The notes under the pieces were generated by a model. That model saw nothing but the letters and a program-made list of their open reading frames with translations, had not been told where the DNA came from and did not search any database. A DNA stretch of 64,000 nt from the NCBI RefSeq assembly GCF_006345805.1, contig NC_042997.1, positions 63,488,001 to 63,552,000 on the forward strand, in the 5' to 3' direction. Within the stretch, counting starts at the first letter, position 1. Each line of letters starts with the position of its first letter. Position numbers and translations under genes: made by a program. Of this stretch, positions 11,928 through 24,967 are shown piece by piece. This stretch comes from Octopus sinensis. Its lineage: Eukaryota.

Positions 11928-12950
11928 TATTGGGTCAACCGATAACAAATGCGGTGTTTTAAAACTTCTTTTATTTTCCAAAATTAAGATAAACAAAATT
12001 CGTTTTTAATCTAAAATATACTTTCCTTCGTTTTCTACAATATTTTTCCATCTATCTGGTAGACTTGCAAGGCTCCTCCAAATTCACTAGTTCGTGACGA
12101 AAAATATTCCTCCACTACTGTTCTGACCTCGTCTGTAGAATTCATATTTTTTCCGTCCTAATGATTTTGAAGACTACGGAATAAAGGATAATCAGATGGA
12201 GCAATGTTTGGCGAATATGGTGGCTAGGGCATCGTTTCACTTTCAATCTGCTCCAACCATTGGAATGTCAAACTCGCTGTATGCGACCGAGTATTATCCC
12301 GATGGAAGAACACCTATCGTCTTAAAACCAAAGACGGTCGTTTTTCTTCAAGCACTGACTGAGGCCGCCCAAGCTGCTTGCTGTAGATCTACTTTGTTAT
12401 CACTTGTTTTAGGTTTAGAAGTTCAAGGCGGACTAAACCTTTCATATCCCACCAAACAGATAACAATACCTTATGTGGGTGAAGACGACCCTCTTTAGCC
12501 TGGGGTGCCGGTGTTTCTCCATTTCCTACCCACTGTCTTCAGTGCTTGACATTTTTATAAAGAACCCATTTCTCGTCACCAGTTACTATTCGGTTCAAGA
12601 AAGGTTAATTCGTGTGGCGAATAATAATAATGAGCATACATTCACTCGCTACAAGCGATTAGACACAAAATGTTTGTGAGGAAATCATTGACTCAATTTG
12701 CTGACTTGTCCGATGACACGCAGATGTCGATGAATGGTTGAATGACCAAATCCAAGCTTCTCTACTAATACTTCGGCAGTTACGATAGCAATTTGTTCCA
12801 ACAGGGTTTGCAGGACTTCCTCGTCGAGCTCTACAGATCTTCCAGGACGAGGATGGTCTTCTAGGCTGCAGTTTTCGGTTCAGAATTTCTGGAATCCCCA
12901 TTGACAGTGGCTTACGCTTATTGTCCGATCCACATATACTGCATTAATAT
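11928..12950 (-). mobile_element. Mariner (Tc1/mariner DD34D-type) transposase fossil with one terminal repeat
   Basis: Frameshifted translation includes HSTIHRHLRVIG, RIVTGDEKWVLYKN, KVLLSVWWDMKG, FHRDNTRSH, YSPNIAPSDYPLFRSLQNH and PDRWKNIVENEGKYILD. TATTGGGTCAACCGATAACAAATGCGG at 11928 resembles a mariner TIR. Confidence 0.88.
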
Positions 12951-13096
12951 AACTCGCACTTTCCGTTGTCTTGTTGTCTTTATTGAACTCATAAGGCAAA
13001 ATATACCAAACATGCTCCTTTTTAACTTCCACTATATGAAAACTAACTGTTTAAATTGAATAGCACTCTTCAAAACTTACACATACATACACAGAT

Positions 13097-13290
13097 ATGT
13101 GTGTGTTTGTGTGTGTTTGTTCGCCATATCGCTTGACAACCGGTCTTTCTGTGTTTATATCACCGTAACTTAGCAGTTCGGTAAAAGCCACCGGTAGAAT
13201 AAGTATCAGACTTAAAAAATAAGCAACTGAATTGATTCATTCGAGTAAAAATTCTTCAGTGTGCTTCCTCAGCTTCGCCCTGTGCTAATG
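13097..13290 (+). mobile_element. SINE family B, degenerate 3' half
   Basis: CGCTTGACAACCGG..GTAACTTAGCAGTTCGGTAAAAG..GGTAGAATAAGTA matches the 3' half of the 46215 copy. Confidence 0.65.
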
Positions 13291-13583
13291 ATCGAAATAC
13301 CTAAGAAAAAAATGGATGGATTCATTTAAATGTTTCAGACAGTTAAAGGATATTAACTACTTAATTTGAACAGTACAAGGCAGTCACCATGTTTAGAGCA
13401 AGGAATGTTTATATCATAGATTACTTTTTCCTTATAGTTATGAAATCAGCCATCCCGTGCGCACAGTTTGTAGGGATTCAACGTGTGTTCAGAACATACT
13501 TAGTCTTTCAAAGTATGATTTGGCTCGCTCTTACATGTCTCTGGACATTAAATCGTCTAACTTGAGGCCGTGTGCATATTAGA

Positions 13584-13760
<177 letters not shown>

Positions 13761-13761
13761 C

Positions 13762-14330
13762 ATTCCATCCCTATAGCTTTGCTGCACATCAGCATAGTCT
13801 CAGCCAGCCTCTCCATTTCGGGCTCTCATTTTGCGAACAGTTTTAAATCACCCATGAATGGAAGGCAGCTGAGACGATGCCTATTTTTTCTCAGCTCATA
13901 CTGCGTGTTGATTTTACATAAGACTATAGAAATTGGGATCAAGGCTATGACAAATAACAAGAGTTTACCTGGAAGATATGTCTTTTCATTGTTACCTCGG
14001 CTAAGTGCTTGTTGTTACAGAAAAGACGCGTTTTTCAACTAGGCATGCTGTTCTTAACTAGTGCACACACATTCTCAACTATTCCACACATGTCGAATGT
14101 TTCCAAAATCCACGAATACGGCAACATGTCGTAAGACGTTTTGAAGTCTATCCAGGCCATGCACAAGTTTTTTTTTTTGGTACCGTTTACAGTTTTTAAT
14201 TACAACTTTGTCTATCACAAGGTGGTCCTTAGATCCCTTGCATCCTTTTCGGCATCTTTTTCGTTCTACTGAGAGTAGATTGTTTTCCGCAAGGAACGTA
14301 TATATTTTCCTTGCGAGGATGCCTGTTTAT
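13762..14330 (-). mobile_element. Degenerate R4/Dong RT fragment
   Basis: Frameshifted GCKGSKDHLVIDK, LCMAWIDFKTSYDMLPYSWILE and FMGDLKLFAK (decayed FMDD). Nucleotide homology to 27250-27480. Confidence 0.8.
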
Positions 14331-15160
14331 CGTATTTTCCCTGTGAGGATGCCTGTAATATTTACTTTTGTTTTGGATATTTCTGGTATTTAATGATCAT
14401 CTGATGAGCATTTAGCCGACATGTTTCTTATGCTAGTATCTCGTGACGTTAGGTATTTTTGCATGTACAATTGCAATTTCCACTAATTGTAAAGATAATA
14501 AATGACAGGTAAAAGAAATTACGTGGAAGGTGTTCGAGCGATCATAGATCGCAGATATAAAGTAATCTATACGCTAAATGAATTTTATAACTTTCCCTAG
14601 TATTGAAACGTTTATTAAAAGTTATGATTGAATTAATAACAGTACATAAGTTCGCTGAATCAAAGAAAGATATAAATGAAGAACTGTGATATACTTTAAG
14701 GCTTTTTCCATTACGTAGTGGTATGTCAAATTTGAAAATAAAGACTCGCAATACTAGTTGAAGAAATAAACTGAGAATACATTTCTTCCATTACTTCTCT
14801 GTGAAAAATTCAAAGAAACAGGAAAACCTTTAGCACTTATACCCAGTTTATAGATTTTGTGAGTAACTGCGTAAACAGAAATCTAGAAAACCCGGGGATT
14901 AGTCAATTAGTTAACAATCTGCAAGTAGGACTGCAAAAATGTTGCAAAACTTGTTCAAAAAAGGACAATTTGTTTGCTGTCGACATTCCTAAGACAGAGC
15001 TTTGTATCTTTGTTAGAAACAAGCTCCGGCCTAAGTGGAAGATACCAAATGATAAAAAGTAAAGGAGAGCGTACATACATACATAGTATATACATATATG
15101 CATGCAAACATGCATACACGCACAGAGACACGCACACACGCATACATATACATATACAAA

Positions 15161-15360
15161 CAAGGGGATGCTGAAAAGTTCCTGGTTTTGAGTATAAGAA
15201 AATACAGGAGAATCAGTTAATTATGATTTTATTCAACATATTCCGCTTTTATATTCAGACTCTTATTACAACATTCTTTCAGTTTTTCAAAGACCTGTAA
15301 ATGAACTCGGAAGTTTGGGCCTCCAACCAAGCCTTCGCGATATCCTTAAAGCCAGAACCT
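15161..15360. mobile_element. Probable mariner-like MITE or terminal fragment
   Basis: Begins CAAGGGGATGCTGAAAAGTTCCTGG, similar to mariner-type TIRs. The partner end was not found. Confidence 0.35.
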
Positions 15361-16068
15361 TTTGTGGGACACGACGGAAGTCCATTTAGCTCACGATAAG
15401 AATTATAATTCAAAATTAGAAATATTATGATCAATATTTTAGGAAATAGTGTGTTTCACATGATTAGATCGTTGGTTTAAATACTTAAATTAATTTACTT
15501 TCATTGTGGCATCATCTACTTAGTTTTCTGTGTACTCTATACATTCAAATATATTCTGGTCTGAAGTTTTCTTACATCACTGTAGGAATATTTTGCAATT
15601 TACGTGAATATACTGTAAGGAAGTCATAGCAGAGTTGTATTTGTTTTCAGAATGCATCTCGCTAAGAAGCACAGGGGTGTCTGTGGAAAACAAAAAGCAT
15701 CAAACGGCGCTGTGCATGTGCTAGCTCCAATATTTCTGTGCATTTGTGTGTCATCAGGCGAATTTTGTCTGTAATGTATCAGGTCACTGATGTCGCAAAA
15801 GTACAGGTAGTAACGTGGTTATGTATTCAAGCACTGTTAGGAATAATGTTTAGAAGATTGCATTCGAGAGTGACATGGGTATTTGTTGCAAGTCAGATAT
15901 CTCGACGCAATTTGTTCGCAGAGCACTGTCTTTTTTTTTTCGTGCTTATTTCCACCTTTCGTCGATAGATATTGTTGAAAATCATACGGCTGCACGAACA
16001 GATTCTATGCACAACTGTACGCACACTTTCTACCCACACCAGCATACACATACACACATACAAACATG

Positions 16069-16113
<45 letters not shown>

Positions 16114-16132
16114 GTATATATATATATATATA

Positions 16133-16432
16133 TCTTTATATATAAAACTGTAGTTGTGTGAGTGTCTGTCCCCTTCGATTTAGATTCCTAACTACACCTA
16201 CATTTTGCGGTGCAGTTTAACCAAACCGGGTTATCTTATAGTCGTGATTCATATCGAGCCCTTCTGGGCATTAGCGCTTGTCTACGATGAGTAAACGATT
16301 TAAAAAAAAATTACCATCATATTTTTTCCATTTTTAATGCATTTGTTTTGCTATTTTTTGGCTATAACTCTCTAAAAATGCTGTATAGTTATTTCCCTTA
16401 CAAACCCGAGCAACGCCGGGCGATACTGCTAG
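16133..16432 (+). mobile_element. Non-autonomous Helitron (5' type A, 3' type X)
   Basis: A|TC start, subterminal hairpin CCCGAGCAACGCCGGG, CTAG|T end. Homologous to 62190-62582. Confidence 0.85.
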
Positions 16433-16883
16433 TATATATATATATGTATTTGTACGTGTGTGTGTCTGAGGGGCTAGAAAATTAATATACAAATTTATTT
16501 TTAATTCAGTCCATATTTGGATTTGTTTCAGATATCGTGCCAAGGCTGCTATTTATATTACTATAAAATATATATTTGGCGGTATCTTGTCTGATTTTGC
16601 TGATATTGTTAGATGTATCGCTATAGCAAAAGAATTTGTAGAAATACAAAACATAAGTGCAAAACGTTTTAAAAGATTGATTTATTTAATTAGTTGTAAG
16701 AAATTGGAGTTAGATAACTTCAGGCTTACATTTCGCTTTCTATTGATAAGACACATACGTATTCACTAACATACTCACTAACATATACATAGTCAGAAAT
16801 ATGCATAAATATATATATATATATATATGCATGCAAGTATATAAACATACATACACACACACGCACATCCACGACTCCCCCGA

Positions 16884-16947
<64 letters not shown>

Positions 16948-17308
16948 CTGACATGATATATGTTTGGAGAAAATAACTTGTGATGGAAGATTCATACATT
17001 TTCCATTTAGGAATAATTTGAAAAATATTTTCAATAATGACACCTGCAAGCTAAATTCTAATATATTTGTAAACTCTAAAAGTTAAGTACGAATATCTTC
17101 AAAGTGTTTGAAATATATATCTATTTTTGATATATATATTAAATTTAGTTTTTACTTGCCATTTCAAGTTACAAGCAATAAATATAGCAATTAAAATGTT
17201 CAGATTACCTCGGAAAAAAATAATTTAACGTGAGAAATCTTAAGATCAATATTTTACAAATTAGTGTTTGAAAATGACCAAAATATTTGATTATTTCTGT
17301 AAATATAT

Positions 17309-17662
17309 TACTCTTTTACTTGTTTCAGTCATTTCACTGCGGCCATGCTGGAGCACCGCTTTTAGTCGAGCAAATCGACCCCAGGACTTATAAGTCTACT
17401 ACTTATTCTATCGGGGAATTTTGCTGAACCGATAAGTGACGGGGACCTAAACACACCACCATCGGTGGTCAAGTGATGCTGGGGATAAACACAGACACAC
17501 AAACATATACACACACATACATATATACATATAGATATATACGACGGGCTTCTTTCAGTTTTCGTCTTCCAGATCCACTCACAAAACTTTGGTTGGCCCG
17601 AGGTTATAGTAGGTGCAGTGGGACTGAACCCGGAACCATGTGGTTGATAAGCAAGCTACTTT
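17309..17662 (-). mobile_element. SINE family B (tRNA-derived, internal TG/CA tract)
   Basis: Reverse complement of the 46215-46615 copy, with a deletion of the CORE-like segment. Confidence 0.85.
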
Positions 17663-17799
17663 ATTTCATAACATTTGCCATAAAGGCAGTACATAGAGTA
17701 AGTTAGCTTTGCGGGCTGGACGAGGACATTAATGAAATGAATGATAATGAAAGAAAGATGATGTGGATGGGAGAAGACAAAAACGCCCGCCGACTTCTG

Positions 17800-19478
17800 C
17801 TTCTCTAAAACATTGTTCTTTTAAGAACAAACACAAAACGAGGTATTAAACCTCTTACAATTTTTACAACTTTTCAATTTTTGGACTTAACAGTCCATTA
17901 CTAACAACAACATAGTTCAATAATTACATATGATATAAATACAATACACAAAACCCCTCCTCCCAGACCTAGCTTACACTTCCCTTAGGAATGCGCCAGC
18001 TCTAGGTCGGGGCCCCTCAAGTCGTATCACAATTTATGACTCGTCCTCAAAATAACTTGTGCCCGCACTCTCCGTCATCCACCACGCCTCCCTCAGAACG
18101 TAATCGAGTTCCGTGTTAGCGTCGCCCGGGACCAAGCTATAATGCTCATTGAGCTCCTTCAGCCCAAGCGTCACGTCGAACGCCACGGCCTCCACAGCTA
18201 CCTGCGGAGGCCATTCTGAGTCCTGTGTGAAGGCTAAAGGTGCTCCCTTATGGTGCTTTTCCAACACATTTTCAATCTCTCCGCCTCTATGGAAGAGGAT
18301 CAATACATCGTCTTTCCTCGGGGGTGGGATATTCAATTCTTTCGTTGGCGGCACAGTCCCCGCCAACGGTGTTTCTTCTCCTGTCGGTTGCACAACCCCA
18401 ACGGACGCAGTTCCGGGACACTCCGGCACCATGTCACCGACTGCCGGCAATGTCCCGCTTCTCCTCCTCTTTCCCTTTTTTCCTTTCAACTGAGGGAGGT
18501 TGCGTCTCCTCCGTGGCCGGAAGATTCGCCTTTCCCTCCTCATCCCTAGTATCATTTGGTGAGCACCCATTGTTGCTCACCTTCTTCCTCTTTCGGCCTC
18601 TGTTTGAGGAGTCCTCCGCTTCCTCGGCCGTCTTCATTCCCTCTTCTACAGGGATCTCACTTAACTGCTCCGGGATCCTATTTTGTTCCCGGAGAAGTTT
18701 TTCTTTATATGGCCGGACTCCAAGCACCGATGACACCTGGGGGGAAGGGGCGACCCTCAAGTATCGCCGGGTACCTGCACCCGGCCATTTTCAAAAAATC
18801 TGGAAGAACCAGATTGGCTGATTGGGTCCAAAGGGTCAAAATTGTTTTTGACCCAACCCAAACAGCCGCAGGAAGAACTTTCACATTAAGAAGCTTAGTT
18901 CCGCTGCCACCCAGACCCCGGCGGATAGTCTCCTCTATCCACTCGGGTTTTATCCCGGGTGGCAGCCCGCAGATCCAAGCTTTCGTGAATCTCTTTCCAT
19001 GATACGTGGGCAGAAATAAAATTTCCTTACCCTCCAGGGGTTCACTAGCAAATTTGTAAGCCTCTTCAGGGGTGTCAAATAGCAACCACACCGTTGCATA
19101 TCTGACACCCCTGGAAATGAATTTAATTGTTGGCAAATATTTTGTCAACTCCTTTTCAATTGCCGTCTTTTCGAACAGGGCGATGGTGTCGAGTGCCTTG
19201 GAGTAGGTTCTCAACACCACCGTCCTATCTTCACGGCCTTTTAACCACTTTTCAGGCGGTATAATCTCCCATTCCAAAATTTTGTCATTTTTCATTGCCA
19301 TGTGTTTTTTTTTAATATATTCAAAATAAAACTTAAAAAGCGAGAAGAAAAAGAAATCAAAAGAAAGTCACAATAAACAAAAAGGAGAAAATCAAATAAA
19401 GTTCAAAAAAATATTCTGGCCATTCGGTACTCCCGGCTTAAATTGAACCCGGAACGCTGCAACTGGAACACAACTTCC

Positions 19479-19480
<2 letters not shown>
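17800..19480 (-). mobile_element. L1/Tx1-type ORF1 (gag-like, RRM-like plus CCHC) element with no adjoining ORF2
   Basis: ORFs 18705..19301, 18434..18760 and 18034..18570 join through frameshifts into a ~420-aa protein. The junction reads EGR(PP)RCHRCLESGHIKKN (CX2CX4H knuckle, last Cys decayed). The 5' UTR is T-rich; no APE motifs follow the stop. Confidence 0.65.
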
Positions 19481-19511
<31 letters not shown>

Positions 19512-19515
<4 letters not shown>

Positions 19516-19998
19516 TAATAATAAAATATTAGGGAATAAATCCAAACTTACAGGGAAAAATCAGATTTGAATCCAATTTTATAGTAAAATATTATATTAA
19601 TTTAAATTAGAGATAAAACCACTATTAGGCAAATCATACAATGAAAAACTTAAGCCAATACATAAGATGAATTAATTTATATCATTTTAAATATACATCA
19701 AAATTGTTAAAAAGAGATAATTAGTATAACACTACGATCGTTTCATGGCTGTCCAATTCGTAAAAATTCGAGTTACAGTCATTCTTCAGGTGATTGAAAT
19801 ATTTAACTTGGCGAGGTTTAATCAATGAACTCGAATTTTTACGAATTGGACAGCCATGAAACGATCGTAGTGTTATACTAATTATCTTCTTTTAATAATT
19901 TTGATATATATTTAAAATGATATAAATTAATTAATTATTGGCTTAAGTTTTTCATTGTATGATTTGCCTAATAGTGGTTTTATCTCTAATTTAATATA

Positions 19999-20003
<5 letters not shown>
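19512..20003. mobile_element. (TA)n-flanked foldback element containing a hammerhead (Penelope-like terminal-repeat structure)
   Basis: Inverted arms ~19601-19774 and 19828-19993 around a ~53-bp spacer, with (TA)n on both sides. Confidence 0.7.
19730..19792 (-). ncRNA. Type-I hammerhead ribozyme motif, intact core
   Basis: Minus strand reads CAC-CUGAAGA-AUGACUGU-(22 nt)-ACAGCCAU-GAAA-C-GAUC-GUA-GUG. It has the full CUGANGA/GAAA core, stem II with 7/8 bp, a palindromic stem III, a GUA cleavage triplet and a 3-bp stem I. Confidence 0.7.
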
Positions 20004-20035
<32 letters not shown>

Positions 20036-20124
20036 GCAACATACATATATAGAGTAGCGAATATTCACTAGAAATATCACCACCAGTGGCCTAGCATGTA
20101 TAAATAGTCAATAGACAACATATT

Positions 20125-20366
20125 CTTAATATAAAATAGTGTACATTTAAACACAGAGAAAACTACTCTTTAACAGGTAATTTTCACATGCTAGAACAAG
20201 CAGCCAAAACGACCAAAACCACATAATAGCAATTGTCAAGGAAATGAAAAATTAAAAAAACTTTTCCCTTTTTATTTTTTTAACATGCTGCTTCTTCTAG
20301 CATGTACAAATTACATAATAAGGGTAGTTTTCTCTTGTGTTTAAATGCACACAATTTTATATTAAG
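20125..20366. mobile_element. MITE-like element with ~80-bp terminal inverted repeats
   Basis: 20125-20204 is the imperfect reverse complement of 20287-20366 (CTTAATATAAAAT.GTGT.CATTTAAACAC..GAGAAAACTAC...CATGCTAGAA.AAGCAGC). Confidence 0.7.
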
Positions 20367-20520
<154 letters not shown>

Positions 20521-21366
20521 AATATACATATGTGTATACATATTTAAATGTGCGTGTGTGTTTGCGTGCGGGTATGTTTATGAATATCTGTCTCTTTAAG
20601 CATAGAATAAAGGAAAATGCCAAATGACTCAAGAAAAAATGTGTGTATTAATGTATAGAATCCTTACAAAACTCCGTTCATATGTATCTGTTTTTGAAAT
20701 ATAGAAATCTATTATATAGTGATTTATTTTCTTTGTCATGTCCTAACACCATATACTCAACTGATTACAAATATTATTTAACTTCATATATCATAATACT
20801 TTGTATCCGGAATCGCACTATGACAAATTTGAACACTCACTCTTTGATATATTAAGTTGGACTTTATGTTATTTATTTCCTTATGTATATCTCTTCTGCT
20901 TTGTACATCTTTCCGTTCTGACATTTCTCTTGCAGGTATTTATGAGAATTTCGTTTCATACTTACCCCCACCGCACTCTTTGTGTTGCTCTCTTGATATT
21001 TATATATTTGCACACATGAACATACGCGCACGTTCATTCACACAACACATTTATGCATATTATATATATATATATATACGTATTTAAGTGTATGTATGTA
21101 TATATATGTATGTGTGTGTATAAGTGTATGAATGAATATATTATGCGCACACGTTTACAGACATGTGTGTTTACGTATATGCCCATCCTTGCTTTCATTA
21201 TATTTGAAATGGAATATGCCACTAATATATTTCACTGAAGTAGAAGAAAAACTTCCAGCTGAGATGACATTTCAATAGTCATTTTCAATAGATGAAATCT
21301 TACTAGAGTCTTCATATCCCACTTATGTTGTTTCCCTGTAATATTTGCTAAATCCTACTTGTAATA

Positions 21367-21526
21367 TTCTTTTCTACTCTAACATGTAACTGGTAATTAA
21401 TTTATCGTCCCCGAAAGGATGAAAGGCAAAGTCGATCTTGGCGGAATTTGAACTCAGAACATAAAGACAGGTGAAATACAGCTAAGTATTTCCAGCGGCT
21501 TGCTAACGTTTCTGCCAGCTCGCCGC
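21367..21526 (-). mobile_element. SINE family A, internally deleted
   Basis: Reverse-complement homology to the head and body of the 24736 copy. Confidence 0.8.
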
Positions 21527-24500
21527 TTTTCTGCTTGTAATATAACATGTATAATGACTAAAATATGACAACGGTAGTGTAGCACAAGATCTGTTTTCGA
21601 AGCTGGCCACGGTCAGCTTTATATTTCATGTTTATCGGATCGATATAATAAATATCGACATGCATTCAGAGTTTTATCCAGCAACAAATTCAAAATGTTA
21701 GAAGTGTGGTAGAATCAATCGATAGTTTTGTCGTTATATGTTTATTTTGCGTTCAACTCTTCCAAGATCAACAATATACCTGAAAAGTACAGGCTCGCCG
21801 TTACTGATTACATCCGTGGCTCAAATTTGTAGTAGTTTACTTTTAAAGTCAGTTTTAAACTATAGATTTAGATATTTCTCTTCTCTCCATCTGAAAACAA
21901 TTTCTCTTCACTTCTCTTGTCCACGGTCGCTGATATTTCACTGTCTCTTTACGCATTAAAGGGGTAAACGGTAAAATGATTATACGCACATATATACAGA
22001 TAGATAGACAAATAGGCAGATATATAAACTCACACACACACACATTCAAAGTAGAGAAGATGCAGATGCACTGATATTTTACTGGGAAATTTTATCCACT
22101 AAATATGTTTATATATCTTCTAAAGTGTTCAATATATTTAACAGTCACCATGATGCTATATTTAATGATGTTTGTAACATTCCCTTTCTCCATTAGTTGT
22201 TGTCATCTAGCTTTAAGTTCATAATTCCATAATGACTTAGGTAATGAGTTATTGCTATTACCAGTAAGAGCTGAGGCAATACGTGGGATAATCATTTACG
22301 TCAATAATGATAAATATAATTAGTAATTAATTAAATCTCTGTATGTAAGCGTAGTTGTTAGATTCAAATATCTATAGTCTCTTTGTTTTTCCTTACTCTT
22401 CAGATATTCTATTTCTACGATGATATGATATAAATGAAATTTAAACCCAAAATATTTAGTTACTGATTCACTACGCATGTCATTATATGTTTATTCAGTG
22501 ATATTTGTTTGTAACTGGGAAATTGTATATGTTCCCTTTCTTCAGGACGTTTTCTTCAGGACGTTGAACTTTTTTGCCCAACATGATTCACTCAACATTC
22601 TGAACAAGTTTATTAAATAAAAAATTCCAAAATAACAGATGAAATTATTTTTATTTCAAAGTATTATTCTATCCTAAAATGAAATTTGGAAATTTCTGAC
22701 AATTAACGGAAAATTCTGTTCGATCACCCAGACTTTTTTACTGTTGGTCCTGTTGTTGCTGACTTTTAATTTACATGAGTAATTATTCCTTTTAATGATT
22801 CTGGCTGTCATTTAATTTTTATAACTTTTTGCGTTTCTAGAATGAAACTCATCTTGGAGTAATTTATAATTTGCAGACTAATATAGTTAAAGGTTGTTTC
22901 TAACATTGTAAGAGAAGGCATATAAAATCTTTTTCGATTCAGTCTTTTCATTTAGTTTTACTTGCCTTAGTATGTCCATAGGAGATGTGTCGACTTCTTG
23001 TACTCCAATCATCTATTAAACATGGTGACAGTGTTTGCCGATGAGTATATTTATACGTGCTTGTATTAAACCGGTTGCCATTATGCATATCCTTTTTGCT
23101 AATTTAAGAGAGAAATTTGTCCTAATGTCTTTTGGGTGACATGAGGTAAAGGGTATCTTTGGATTTCTTAATCATGATCGTCTCACGTCCGTTGCTCAGT
23201 TTTCATCATTAAAATATCTAAAAAAATATTAATTTACCATTGACTTCGGTAGGTTTTACCAACACGCACACATAAATCCATAACACGAGAAAATGAGACG
23301 GAGAGAGTGGAGATAATTTGATTTCTATTCTTTAAAGTATTGCAACTTTATTTTATTTGTTGACACAGATCTTCAGAGATGACTATGGACAGATCCTGTA
23401 GATTCGATTCATTTGAATTTCCTAGTGAAAGAATTAAATATTTCAAACACATACAGACACACGCACGCAAAACAAATAATTGAACATATACATAAATAAA
23501 CATATATATATACATATACAAACATAATTATATAAGTATATATATATATGTATGTATGTATGTATATATGTATGTATGAATATATATGTATGCGTAAGTG
23601 AGGGAGAGAGAGAATGGAGAAGAGATACGGATATATTGATATAATTGTTGTCCCCTTCCTTTTTCTGTTTGCTTGCTTATTAACTTATCTTGCTCAATCT
23701 ATTCTTAATGGACATTTCAAGATGGCATTACAGCGAGACCCTATTTTCGTTAAAATCTTTCCATGAAACAATATTTGCTTTGCGAATCAGCAACTCCTAC
23801 CTCTTTAGATATTAGCATGCTGGGACTGGCTTTGTAGTAACATTTATATAATACTTCGTCTAGTATTGATGTATCATCTTCTTTTCCTCCTATTCATATG
23901 AGATATATTGAATTTGCATCTTAACTTTGAATACACATTTAAGCACTGCACATCTCCAATGAAAGCAGATACTAATGGGATTATTTTCAATATAATTACG
24001 CCATAATGACTTCAAAATATTTTCTGTTGATCTAGTTTGATGGATTATCAGCAAAATGTGCCTAATAATAGCTCTGCGATATTTTTGACCTACCATACTG
24101 CTGCGTCCTGAGTCACTGTAACATTCATGTGAAATTTTCTTTGTACTAGGGCAGATAAAATAATTATCACCCAAATACTGTAGTTATCTATTTGAATATA
24201 GTTACCACCAAAATGTCTAACCTTGGACATATATGAATATCATTCAGATAATTATTTATTTGCAGCAGTCTTTTGTCTTTAAATTGAAAATATTGTGGAA
24301 CGAAGTAAAAATTTATTCAGCACAAATTACATTCCATTCAAGTGCCGCAAATAAAGAAACCTTTTCCTATCTATTCTCAAAATAATTCCACACTCCTGAG
24401 GATCCACGTTATTTTGGGTGATGCAGAGGGGTGATGTAGAATCACCCGCGGTGGGGAGCACTGGTGGACCTGGTCGGCTCTCAAATAAACTGAGATAACC

Positions 24501-24735
24501 CAAGACCCGTCAAGGAAGAGCATGAAGCAGGAAGCTAACAAGCACGCAGTTCGTAGCTTAACAGTGGGTTGTTGTTACTGTCTGGTGCAATTAATATTTA
24601 AAAGTAGCATTCATTGGAATTTACGATAAATGCCATCAATGAAATATTCATAGGAACTTCTCTCTGAGGTTAGTTATTTAAATGTAGGCTGGCGGTCCAG
24701 CAGAGAGTAAACGATATACGATGGCAGATATAGAA

Positions 24736-24967
24736 GGCGGCGAGCTGGCAGAAACGTTAGCACGTCGGGCGAAATGCTTAGCGGTATTTCGTCTGCCGTT
24801 ACGTTGTGAGTTCAAATTCCGCCGAGGTCGACTTTACCTTTCATCCTTTCGGGGTCGATAAATTAAGTACCAGTTACGCACTGGGGTCGATGTAATCGAC
24901 TTAATCCCTTTGTCTGTCCTTGTTTGTCCCCTCTATGTTTAGCCCCTTGTGGGTAATAAAGAAATAG
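24736..24967 (+). mobile_element. SINE family A, well-preserved full copy with a Tx1-like tail
   Basis: GGCGGCGAGCTGGCAGAAACGTTAGC (A box-like), GAGTTCAAATTCC (B box-like), body, and a tail ending GTGGGTAATAAAGAAATAG. Confidence 0.88.

Noticed and set aside
14395-14430. Hammerhead at CTGATGAGC
   Set aside because: No GAAA or stem III at the required position.
20915-21020. Exon after the strong acceptor TTTCTCTTGCAG
   Set aside because: Short frame with no donor or recognisable homology; an opposite-strand donor is equally plausible.
23890-24174. 94-aa minus-strand ORF as a transposase or host exon
   Set aside because: No diagnostic motifs could be confirmed.
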